The position numbers and the translations under genes were made by a program. A stretch of DNA of 64,000 nucleotides from a candidate division FCPU426 bacterium (GTDB lineage: Bacteria; Oederibacteriota; Muellerivitia; Muellerivitales; Muellerivitaceae). The first letter of the stretch is position 1. Every line of letters begins with the position of its first letter. The stretch is taken from positions 1 to 64,000 of the forward strand of contig CAWCKJ010000012.1 in assembly GCA_963796105.1 (NCBI GenBank), given 5' to 3'. The notes beneath the pieces were generated by a model that saw only the letters and a list, made by a program, of their open reading frames with translations, was not told the DNA's origin and did no database searches. Of the stretch, positions 55,682-64,000 are shown in pieces.

Positions 55682-56796
55682 GATGGATTCCTCTCATTTA
55701 TATTGATTTCCACCATTTCAAAAATCTCTCTAGCGATTTGCCGGGCCGCTTCGGGTTTGGCCAGTAATGCCGCGGCTTGTCCCATGGTTTTGAGCTTTTC
55801 CTCGGCCGACAAAAGGGCGATCAAAGTTCTGCTGAGCATTTCTTCACCCAATTCCTTCTCCAAAATCACGACTGCGGCGCCTGCCGCCTCAAGAGCCCTC
55901 GCGTTCTTCTCCTGGTGTCCGGAAGCGTGCGGATAGGGTATAAAGAGGGCGGGAAGGCCCCGGCTGACGACCTCCGCGCAGGTCAGGGCTCCCGAGCGCG
56001 CCACCACCAAGTCCGCGACCGCATAAGCTTCCTGAATATTCCCGAAAAAAGGCCGGACGACCATTCGGATCGGGCATTTTTCCAACTGATCCACGGTTCT
56101 GCGGTAGTCGGCGGTTCCTGTCATCATGAGAACCTGGACCCGATGCCCCCCTTCCCCCAGAAAAAGAATGGCATCGGCCATGATTTGGTTCAAAAGCCTG
56201 GCTCCCTGGCTCCCGCCCATCATCAAAACGTTCTTGAACCCGGGAAAAAGTTTGAAATTCTCCAGCGCTCGGCTCCTCTCCGCCGCCCTGATTTCCTCCC
56301 TGACAGGTATTCCCGTCCATTGGGCCCTCCCCTTGCCGAAATTTTTAAGTGTCTCCTCAAATCCAACGAATATTTTTCTTGAAAACCTGCTGGAAAATTT
56401 AGCGCCGAGGCCTGGAATGACATTGGGCTCCAGTAATCCCACTGGTATGCCCCGGGAGGCCGCGACCAAGGAAACGGGAACCGAAACATAGCCCCCCGTG
56501 GAAAAAACCGCGTCAGGCTTGAAGGAAGCCACCAGCTCACGGGCTTGTTTTAGCCCCGCGAAAAAATCGTATCCGAAAGTGATATATTTCCAGGATGGCC
56601 TCCTGGGAAAACCGCTCGCAGGAATACCCTCGAAAAGAAGCCCCGCTTCAGGCACCCATTTCTCCTCTGGCCCGTTTTTTTTGCCCACAAATAACACGAC
56701 CACCTCCGGGTTTTTCATCAATTCCTTCGCTACCGCTATTCCGGGAAATACATGCCCCCCGGTGCCACCGCCGGTAATGATGAATCGCTTCATCAT
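55678..56796 (-). CDS. murG: Lipid II N-acetylglucosaminyltransferase MurG
   Basis: GGGTGGHVFP, GGYVS, GGSQGA, HQEKNA. Confidence 0.97.
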   Translation of the reverse strand: MMKRFIITGGGTGGHVFPGIAVAKELMKNPEVVVLFVGKKNGPEEKWVPEAGLLFEGIPASGFPRRPSWKYITFGYDFFAGLKQARELVASFKPDAVFSTGGYVSVPVSLVAASRGIPVGLLEPNVIPGLGAKFSSRFSRKIFVGFEETLKNFGKGRAQWTGIPVREEIRAAERSRALENFKLFPGFKNVLMMGGSQGARLLNQIMADAILFLGEGGHRVQVLMMTGTADYRRTVDQLEKCPIRMVVRPFFGNIQEAYAVADLVVARSGALTCAEVVSRGLPALFIPYPHASGHQEKNARALEAAGAAVVILEKELGEEMLSRTLIALLSAEEKLKTMGQAAALLAKPEAARQIAREIFEMVEININERNPS

Positions 56797-56872
56797 GACC
56801 GTCCGCCGTGAATAAAAAGACCCGGGCCGACTTCGACCGGGAAATACATATCGATCTTCTTCAATAAGGGGG

Positions 56873-58027
56873 TCATCCTGCCGCCTCCTGGGATTGGCTC
56901 AAGGGCGACGGCAGCTTGGTTCCCCGGGAGATATTGAGCAGAAAACCGATCGAGATCAGAGTAAAAACCATGGAAGAACCGCCGTAGGATATGAGCGGAA
57001 GGGGTATTCCTTTGGTGGGAAACATTCCCGTCACCACTCCCAGATTCACTAGGGCTTGGAACCCGATCAAGGCCGTGATGCCAGCCGCCATCAATCCCGG
57101 GAAGAATCCTCCCTCTCTCCGGCTGACGACTCGCGCGACCTTGAATCCCCGCAAAATGAAAAAGGCGAAAAGAATCACCAAGGCCCCGGCTCCCACAAGA
57201 CCTAATTCCTCGGCGATAATTGCGAATATAAAATCCGTGTGTGGCTCAGGAAGATAAAAAAGCTTTTGGGAACTGTTGGAGAGTCCCACGCCAAAGGGTC
57301 CCCCGTTTCCAACCGCGATTAGGCTTTGAATCAGCTGGAATCCCGCCCCCTGCGGATCGTCCCAGGGATGAAGAAAGGACAAAATACGGACAACGCGGTA
57401 ATGGACGGATTCAACCAGGTACCAAAGCGCCGGTCCTGAAATAAAGAGGGGAATCAAGAATATCTTCCATGCCATTCCCGCCAAAAAGAGCGAAAGAATG
57501 GTCACCAGGGCCAGGAGTACCGCCGTTCCGAAGTCGTGCTGTTTATTCAAGAGCAGTACGCAGATGGCTAACAGAACCAAATATGGGAAAAGGCCAGCCA
57601 TGCTTCCCAAAGTCTGCCGGCGGCGGTCCAGGGAATCGGCAAGATAGAAAACAAGGGCGATCTTCAAAATTTCAGACGGTTGAAAGGAAAAGAATCCCAG
57701 CCGGATCCACCTTTGGGCTCCGTTGACTGTTTTTCCGATACCCGGAACACAAACTAGGACCATTAAGGCCAATGATAGGAAAAGACCCAGGATGGCGACG
57801 TTCCGAAACTTTTCCAGGTCAACCTTCGAAGCGACGAATAGCCCCAGGCTCCCGACCGTCACCCAGAGAAGCTGGTGGAGGAAGAAATAAGATGAGTTTC
57901 CATAATGATCGTGCGCTAGGATGGCGGAGGCGCTGTAAACCATGATCAGCCCGACCGTAACCAGGACAAGCGTCAGGAGGAAAAGGAAAAAATCCGGTGA
58001 TGCTTGTTTTTTTAAACTAAAAGCCAT
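56873..58027 (-). CDS. ftsW: SEDS peptidoglycan polymerase FtsW
   Basis: GAQRWI, FQPSE, LPEPHTDFIF, PTKGIPLPLISYGGSS. Confidence 0.96.
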   Translation of the reverse strand: MAFSLKKQASPDFFLFLLTLVLVTVGLIMVYSASAILAHDHYGNSSYFFLHQLLWVTVGSLGLFVASKVDLEKFRNVAILGLFLSLALMVLVCVPGIGKTVNGAQRWIRLGFFSFQPSEILKIALVFYLADSLDRRRQTLGSMAGLFPYLVLLAICVLLLNKQHDFGTAVLLALVTILSLFLAGMAWKIFLIPLFISGPALWYLVESVHYRVVRILSFLHPWDDPQGAGFQLIQSLIAVGNGGPFGVGLSNSSQKLFYLPEPHTDFIFAIIAEELGLVGAGALVILFAFFILRGFKVARVVSRREGGFFPGLMAAGITALIGFQALVNLGVVTGMFPTKGIPLPLISYGGSSMVFTLISIGFLLNISRGTKLPSPLSQSQEAAG

Positions 58028-58322
58028 GAATTTCTCCAGAATTCGATTGATCCATCCGGTTCATTTGGCGCTTCTCGGTTTCGGCTTCAACCTTCCGTTC
58101 GGATTCCGAGCGGGATGTCGAAGGTGTGGGAAGAGTGTGGGAAGCGTTGTCGTCAGAATCCGAGCGCAGGGATGAAGCCTCCTTTCCGGTTGCCCAAATT
58201 TGAATAACCTCTTTTCCCAATCGGAGTTCCGTCAGCCTCTCCGGAATCCGGGGGCTTTCCAAATGCATCGCGTCGTGGATACGCCGCGACTCACTCGGCT
58301 CCAAGTGGATAAATAACATCAA
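58017..58322 (-). CDS. Hypothetical protein inserted between murD and ftsW
   Basis: Overlaps the murD stop (TTGATG) and the ftsW start; AAAGGGG RBS. Confidence 0.55.
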   Translation of the reverse strand: MMLFIHLEPSESRRIHDAMHLESPRIPERLTELRLGKEVIQIWATGKEASSLRSDSDDNASHTLPTPSTSRSESERKVEAETEKRQMNRMDQSNSGEIHGF

Positions 58323-59755
58323 TGGTTCCCCTTTCTGTCTGCCGGTGGATTTTGCACTTGGCGGTTTTTCGGATTCGTCTTCATTTCGGCCAGTTTTCTC
58401 ACGACAGCCTTGAACTTCCTGCCCCTATCCTCGTAGTTCTCAAACATGTCAAAACTGGCGCATCCGGGCGAGAAGAGCACCACACCCCCTTTTTCGCAGG
58501 ACGTAAAAGCCCCTTGAACCGTTTCCTCCAAGCCTTCCGCCTCTACCACCGTCGCGGCCCCGGACAATTGCTGAACTACTTTGCGTTTGCACTCTCCGAA
58601 AGCCACCACCCGTGAAACCCTCTCCCGCACCAAGGGGGCCAAACGCGTGAAATCCCCCGCCTTATCCCTTCCCCCGAGGATCAATACGATGGGTCTCTCG
58701 AAACTTTGCAGAGCCTTCACCACCGAGTCGACATTGGTTCCCTTGGAATCGTTGACGAACCTCACGCCCTCAACTTCCCCCGCCGGTTCCAGTCTGTGCT
58801 CGACGCCGGGAAACTCCGCCAGGGTGGAGGCGATAATCCCGTCCGGCACGCCGCAGAGTGAGGCGGTGAGCGCCGCCGCGCAAGCGTTTTCCAAATTGTG
58901 GGGACCGGGAATCTTCAATTCGGAAGTGTGGATGAGGCGTCGTCCTAGAAGTTCGATCCGATCCCCAACAACGTAACATCCGGGTTTACCGGCATTACGG
59001 ACGTTCTCGATAAAACCGAATAAGTAAATCCTGCTTTGGACCAAGCTGGCGTAGATGGGGGTGTACTTGTCGGATATATTCAGAAGAGCCGCGTCATCGG
59101 GTCTTTGGTTCTGAAAAATCTTTCCTTTGGTTTCCACGTAGGACTGCATACTGGGATGCCGGTCCAAGTGGTCAGGCGTCACGTTCAGGATGGAAGCAAC
59201 TTGGGGCCGGAATTCTTGAATGGTCTCCAGCTGGAAACTCGAGACCTCCAGGACCGCCCAATCGTTAGCGGAAAGCTCAAAAACAGCCTCCGCGAAAGCC
59301 TTGCCGATGTTGCCGCAGGCTGCCGCTCCCTTTCCGGAATTACCGATCATGGCTGCGGTCAGGGTGGTGGTGGTAGTCTTGCCGTTCGTGCCGGTGATGG
59401 CCGCCACCGGCGCCTGGCAATATCCGAAAGCCAGTTCCATTTCTCCGATCACTGGAATTCCCTTTTCACGGGCCCTTTCCAGGGCCAGATGGCTGAAGGG
59501 AACCCCCGGGGAAACCACCACGAGATCGGAATTGCACACTGGGACTGGGTCGATCCCCCCCAGGATGAGCTTGGCGTGGGCAAGGTCCTTGGCCTTGTCC
59601 AACCAGGCAGAAAGTTTCTCTGGAGTCTTGTCGTCCAGGATTAGGACACGGGCTCCATGCACAGACAAAAGTCGCGCAGCTGCGTATCCGGACCGCCCCA
59701 ACCCTATAACCGCCGCTTGCTTTCCATGGACGTATTGCAATTGATTCCGCTCCAA
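58319..59755 (-). CDS. murD: UDP-MurNAc-L-Ala--D-glutamate ligase
   Basis: GLGRSG, ITGTNGKTT, LEVSSFQLE, NDSKGTN, SPGCASFD. Confidence 0.97.
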   Translation of the reverse strand: MERNQLQYVHGKQAAVIGLGRSGYAAARLLSVHGARVLILDDKTPEKLSAWLDKAKDLAHAKLILGGIDPVPVCNSDLVVVSPGVPFSHLALERAREKGIPVIGEMELAFGYCQAPVAAITGTNGKTTTTTLTAAMIGNSGKGAAACGNIGKAFAEAVFELSANDWAVLEVSSFQLETIQEFRPQVASILNVTPDHLDRHPSMQSYVETKGKIFQNQRPDDAALLNISDKYTPIYASLVQSRIYLFGFIENVRNAGKPGCYVVGDRIELLGRRLIHTSELKIPGPHNLENACAAALTASLCGVPDGIIASTLAEFPGVEHRLEPAGEVEGVRFVNDSKGTNVDSVVKALQSFERPIVLILGGRDKAGDFTRLAPLVRERVSRVVAFGECKRKVVQQLSGAATVVEAEGLEETVQGAFTSCEKGGVVLFSPGCASFDMFENYEDRGRKFKAVVRKLAEMKTNPKNRQVQNPPADRKGNH

Positions 59756-59792
59756 TTCTTGGTTTTTACGCGCCCTCCCGGGCGTTTCTTAA

Positions 59793-60881
59793 CTAACGCA
59801 GTTTCAGGGTGCTCAAGGTCAACAAAGTCAGGATGATGGCGACAATCCAGAACCTCACGATCAATTTGGACTCTGGTACGCCTGAAAGCTCGAAATGATG
59901 GTGCAGCGGCGCCATTTTAAAGACCCTTTTCCCGCTCACCTTGAACGATGTCACTTGAATGATGACCGAAAGGGCTTCAGCCACGAAAATGCCGCCCACG
60001 ATGATCAGGAGAATCTCCTGTTTCACCATGACCGCGATGGTTCCCAGGAGGCCGCCCAGGGCAAGGGAGCCCGTGTCGCCCATGAAAACTTGCGCCGGGT
60101 GAGCGTTGAACCAAAGGAAGCCGAGGCAAGCCCCCGCCAGCGACGCGCAGACCACCGTCAACTCTCCGGCCCCGGGCACCGTGATGATCTTGAGATACTC
60201 GCTGAATTTAACATTCCCGGAAACGTAGGTGATAACCACGAAGGCCATAGCCGCGAAAATGGTGCACCCCACGGCGAGACCGTCCAATCCGTCTGTCAGG
60301 TTGACCGCATTGGAGGCGCTCACTATCACGAAAACGGCGAAGAAGGGATAAACGACATCCAGGTTCAGGGGATGCTTAAAAAACGGAAGGGTGATGCATG
60401 TCTTCAAGTGGAAATCATCGGGAAGTACTGAAAGGTAAAAAAAGACGATGATCATGGCCCCGAATGCCTGAAAAATTAGTTTCCACAAACCCGGAATGCC
60501 CCGAGACTTTCCGATCCCTTTGAGTTTCAAGAGATCGTCCACGGTTCCCAACGCCCCGAACCATAGGATGGAAAATACGCTCAGCCAGAAGAGTTTGGAA
60601 TCCCACCGCACCCATAAAAGAATGCTGATGAGAAGGGTCAGGAGAATCAGGATTCCACCCATGGTTGGGGTTCCCGCCTTGGAGGAATGAGCCGCTGGTC
60701 CGTCCGCCCTAATTTTCTCCCCTAATTGGGCGGCTCTGATCCTAGCGATAACCCCCCCGCCAAAAGCCAAACAAAGGCCGAACGCCGAAACCGCCGCGTA
60801 CACACTGCGGAAAGTCACGTAACGGAAGACATTGAAGCCAATGAATTTCCCGGCTAACGGATAGAGTAGGTGGTATAGCAC
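59793..60881 (-). CDS. mraY: Phospho-MurNAc-pentapeptide transferase
   Basis: KAGTPTMGG, NAVNLTDGLDGL, FMGDTGS, MAPLHHHFE. Confidence 0.98.
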   Translation of the reverse strand: MLYHLLYPLAGKFIGFNVFRYVTFRSVYAAVSAFGLCLAFGGGVIARIRAAQLGEKIRADGPAAHSSKAGTPTMGGILILLTLLISILLWVRWDSKLFWLSVFSILWFGALGTVDDLLKLKGIGKSRGIPGLWKLIFQAFGAMIIVFFYLSVLPDDFHLKTCITLPFFKHPLNLDVVYPFFAVFVIVSASNAVNLTDGLDGLAVGCTIFAAMAFVVITYVSGNVKFSEYLKIITVPGAGELTVVCASLAGACLGFLWFNAHPAQVFMGDTGSLALGGLLGTIAVMVKQEILLIIVGGIFVAEALSVIIQVTSFKVSGKRVFKMAPLHHHFELSGVPESKLIVRFWIVAIILTLLTLSTLKLR

Positions 60882-60907
60882 TTTATCTCCTTAAACCCTG
60901 AAATTTC

Positions 60908-62245
60908 TCAAAACGAATCCAAAACTTTTTCAAGTCTCATGGCGCGCGACCCTTTCAACAAGACCGCGTCGCCTTTTTCGGCGATTTCCGCCAGGAATTT
61001 TCCGGCTTGTTTCGCCTCATCAAAACAACGGATTTCCGGAGACCCGCCGCAAACTCGAGAGGCTTCACGGAACTCTTTTCCTACCAAAAGAAGAAAGCTT
61101 AGCCGCAAATCTAGTGCCAGCCGAAGAGCACGTTCATGCGCTTGAGCGCTGAATCCGCCCATTTCCAACATGTCTCCCAAAACGGCAACCTTGCGCGCAG
61201 CTCCCTGAAGATTCCGGAAAGTCTCTAGCGCGGCTTCCATGGAAGTAGGCGAGGCGTTGTAGGCGTCGTTGATGAAAAGAATCCCCCGACGGTTTTGGAT
61301 TTCCATCCGCATGCGCGCGCGAGGTATGAAATTCCCCAGCCTGTTCGCGAGAGCCCTCAAGGGCAAGCCCAAGGCCAATCCAGCCGCGACCGCCGCCAGG
61401 GCGTTTCTCACGTTATGTTCTCCTAGCATGGAAAGACGGACTGGGACTTCAACCCCTTCAGCCGCCAGGGTGAATCGGGTCTCCCCGCTCTGCATACTTA
61501 TCGCGCTGGCCTTCACTTGGCCCACCTTGATCCCAAATGTGTACACATCGTCTCCTTGCCGCCCCTGTAAGGGGTCCTCCGCGTTTAAGACCGCTTTTCC
61601 ACCGGCCCGGAGACCGGCGAGGATTTTCAATTTTTCCGAAGCCAAATGCTTCTTATCCCGGAAAAAACCCAGGTGAGCTTCCCCGATCGACGTCACCACC
61701 GCCACATCGGGCCGGGCGATCTCGGACAGCCACTCCATTTCCCCGGGATGGTTGATGCCCAACTCCACTACCGCTGCCTCATGCCCCCTATCCAGCTCTA
61801 ACAATGTCAAGGGAAGACCCCATTGGTTATTCAAGTTCCCCTGAGTTTTCAAAACCCTGAATTTTCCTTCCAACAAATGGGCTGTCATGTCCTTCACCGT
61901 TGTTTTTCCTACGCTGCCCGTGACCGCGACAACAGGTCCGTTCCATTGAAGCCTCTGAGATCTTCCCATCTCTCCTAAAGCACGGGTGGTGTCAATCACC
62001 CTGATCTGTGACAGGCGGCTCCCCGGATCGAGCCGTGAAACCAAAGCCGCTCCCGCTCCCCTTTGGGCCGCCCGCTTCAAGAAGCGGTGCCCATCCAGCT
62101 TCTTTCCGATAATGGCGACATAGAGATCGCCTTTATTCAACCGCCGGGTGTCGTGCGACACCCCCCTCACCCTCCCTTTTACATTTCCCCTCCAAAGTCG
62201 CCCGTTGGTCAGGGCCGCCACCTCTCTCAAAGTCCAAGGGATCAT
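60908..62245 (-). CDS. murF: UDP-MurNAc-tripeptide--D-Ala-D-Ala ligase
   Basis: VTGSVGKTT, NLNNQWG, NDAYNASP, GDMLEMG, KGSR. Confidence 0.97.
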   Translation of the reverse strand: MIPWTLREVAALTNGRLWRGNVKGRVRGVSHDTRRLNKGDLYVAIIGKKLDGHRFLKRAAQRGAGAALVSRLDPGSRLSQIRVIDTTRALGEMGRSQRLQWNGPVVAVTGSVGKTTVKDMTAHLLEGKFRVLKTQGNLNNQWGLPLTLLELDRGHEAAVVELGINHPGEMEWLSEIARPDVAVVTSIGEAHLGFFRDKKHLASEKLKILAGLRAGGKAVLNAEDPLQGRQGDDVYTFGIKVGQVKASAISMQSGETRFTLAAEGVEVPVRLSMLGEHNVRNALAAVAAGLALGLPLRALANRLGNFIPRARMRMEIQNRRGILFINDAYNASPTSMEAALETFRNLQGAARKVAVLGDMLEMGGFSAQAHERALRLALDLRLSFLLLVGKEFREASRVCGGSPEIRCFDEAKQAGKFLAEIAEKGDAVLLKGSRAMRLEKVLDSF

Positions 62246-63720
62246 GACCCTTTCATTTCCTTCAGGATGTTCCGGACTGTCTCACGGTCGTCAAAATGCT
62301 GTTTCTGGTCTCCAATGACCTGATAGGTCTCATGACCTTTACCGGCGATCAGAACGATGTCGCCTTTCTTCGCCATTGACAAAGCCGTGTGGATGGCGTC
62401 TTTACGGTCCACCTCAGACCAGACTCTCCGGTGGCCATTGCGTCTCTGGCCGACGGCTATTCCCTTTAGGATCTCGTCAATGATGGCTTTGGGCTCCTCG
62501 GTGCGGGGATTGTCAGAGGTCACCACCGTGACATCGGCCAAACAGGCTGAGATCTGTCCCATTAAGGGTCTTTTGGTCCTATCCCTGTCGCCTCCGCATC
62601 CAAATAAGGAAATCAACCGTAAATCCTTTTTATTGCCAATCAAGTTCCGCGCCTCGATCAAGACCTGTCGCAGGGAATCGGGGGTATGGGCGTAATCGAC
62701 GATGATGGTAAAATCTTGCCCCGCATAGATTTCCTCGAACCGCCCCGGAACAGGAGGAGCTTTCCGGAGGCCCTCTTGAAGTGCCGGCCAGGTGAAACCC
62801 ATTTCCCTCAGGACCGATAGGGCCGCTAAGGAGTTGTAGATATTGAACTTTCCCGAAAGGGGAATCTCGAACTTCTTTCCCATCACCCGGAACTTCCCCC
62901 GGCCAGGCGCCGTCTCGATATGGGTGGCTTGGTAGGCGCATTTGGTTTTAAGCCCAAAACCCTTCGCCTTGGACTTCAGCTCGCTCAGGAGTTTTTTGCC
63001 GTAGGCGTCATCCGCGTTCACCGTCCGAGCCTTGAGGGTTTTGAACTCCGTGAAAAGCCGGCGTTTGGCCATGAAATAATTTTTGAAATTCTTGTGGTAG
63101 TCCAGGTGGTCCCGGCCCAGGTTGGTGAAAGTCGCCCCTTGGAATTCCACTCCCATCACCCTTTTCATTTCCAGGGCGTGGGAGGAGACCTCCATGACAG
63201 CGTAGGAACAGCCCTCGCGGCGCATCTCGTCCAGGAGTTCCACGATGGAAAGAGCCGAGGGGGTCGTATTGGAAGCCTCGTAAATTTTGCTTTCTATCTG
63301 GTATGAAATAGTGCCGATTAGTCCTGTCTTTTTCCCGGCGGCCTGCAAGATGGACCTCAGAAGATAGGTGGTGGTGGTTTTGCCTTTGGTGCCGGTGACG
63401 CCAATGACCTTCACTCTTTTTGAAGGCTCATCGAAAAAAGCGTGGGCCAATCGTGCCAATGCTTCCCGGCTGTTCGGCACAACCGCTTGGGGGACGGAAA
63501 TCTTTTCCAATGGCTTTCCTTCCGCCACCAACGCGCAAGCCCCGGCTCGAATTGCCTCTCGCGCGAATTCGCGTCCATCCAACTTGGATCCAGGAATACA
63601 GACGAAAAGGTCACCGGGGCGGATCTTCTTAGAGTTTTCGCAAAGCCCTTTCACCTCGGGATTGGCCTTTCCGGAGAGTTTTACGCGATTCAATTTTTTA
63701 ACCAGATTTATGAATTTCAA
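62242..63720 (-). CDS. murE: UDP-MurNAc-dipeptide--meso-DAP ligase
   Basis: GVTGTKGKTT, MEVSSH, VDYAHTPD, DNPR (meso-DAP type), GKGHE; probable TTG start 63720 after GGAG, overlapping the upstream stop. Confidence 0.97.
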   Translation of the reverse strand: MKFINLVKKLNRVKLSGKANPEVKGLCENSKKIRPGDLFVCIPGSKLDGREFAREAIRAGACALVAEGKPLEKISVPQAVVPNSREALARLAHAFFDEPSKRVKVIGVTGTKGKTTTTYLLRSILQAAGKKTGLIGTISYQIESKIYEASNTTPSALSIVELLDEMRREGCSYAVMEVSSHALEMKRVMGVEFQGATFTNLGRDHLDYHKNFKNYFMAKRRLFTEFKTLKARTVNADDAYGKKLLSELKSKAKGFGLKTKCAYQATHIETAPGRGKFRVMGKKFEIPLSGKFNIYNSLAALSVLREMGFTWPALQEGLRKAPPVPGRFEEIYAGQDFTIIVDYAHTPDSLRQVLIEARNLIGNKKDLRLISLFGCGGDRDRTKRPLMGQISACLADVTVVTSDNPRTEEPKAIIDEILKGIAVGQRRNGHRRVWSEVDRKDAIHTALSMAKKGDIVLIAGKGHETYQVIGDQKQHFDDRETVRNILKEMKGS

Positions 63721-64000
63721 GAATGATCTCCCGAGGCGTTTCCCTGCGACCTGGTAATTGGAAGATCGCAATTAAGCTCGATATCCGAGTCATTTTGTAT
63801 TTTTCGTCCAGCCATGGGGAATTGGGCGCGCACAATGCCCTCTCCCCTGAAATTTACTCTCGCCCCAATGGGAGCTAATTGAGCGAGGGCTTGGCGCTTG
63901 GTTTTTCCGCGCAGGTCCGGCATGAGGCCCTGGCCCTCGGCCAGGGGGGGGGCCGTTCCAAGGGTTAAAAGGACCTTTTGGGAATCTTGTTCCGGGAAGG
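63717..64000 (-). CDS. ftsI: 3' end of a penicillin-binding protein (FtsI-like) with PASTA domain; partial
   Basis: MPDLRGKTKRQAL...GEGIVRAQFPMAG is a PASTA signature; directly upstream of murE. Confidence 0.8.
   Translation of the reverse strand, partial: FPEQDSQKVLLTLGTAPPLAEGQGLMPDLRGKTKRQALAQLAPIGARVNFRGEGIVRAQFPMAGRKIQNDSDIELNCDLPITRSQGNASGDHS

Overview
A 64-kb bacterial chromosomal window with almost all genes on the minus strand. The right third (45-64 kb) is a complete dcw cluster (3' end of ftsI, murE, murF, mraY, murD, an inserted unknown ORF, ftsW, murG, murC, murB, ddl, ftsQ, ftsA, ftsZ), followed by a polysaccharide deacetylase, an amidase and pgeF. The middle holds two HU paralogs, a degenerate NtrC-like regulator interrupted by an in-frame TAG, three GT-C/O-antigen-ligase-type membrane proteins, a PIN/AbrB toxin-antitoxin pair, and two near-identical orphan peptide-binding lipoproteins flanking a class III cyclase, a cNMP-GGDEF protein, a CopG-like gene and a hydrolase. 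A small-gene cluster ending in a ClC-CBS gene may be for envelope or acid stress. The AT-rich left end encodes Thr/Pro-rich secreted proteins, including a frameshifted S8 protease-NHL-CBM3-like-FlgD/T9SS-like protein, and two GT-C/TPR proteins. The most unusual locus is 9.5-12.8 kb. There an ORF6N (KilA-N-like) gene encodes one peptide segment with a perfect DNA palindrome, and three variant palindromes encoding alternative versions of that segment sit in its 5' leader. Downstream are a 22-copy, about 21-bp-period array (core GAACTGGGTT) and a gene for a ParB-HTH-like, transmembrane, PDZ protein. I recognised no rRNA, tRNA, CRISPR-Cas or transposase genes. The PT-linker/FlgD-CTD protein style recalls candidate phylum FCPU426-like bacteria, but that is an unverified impression.
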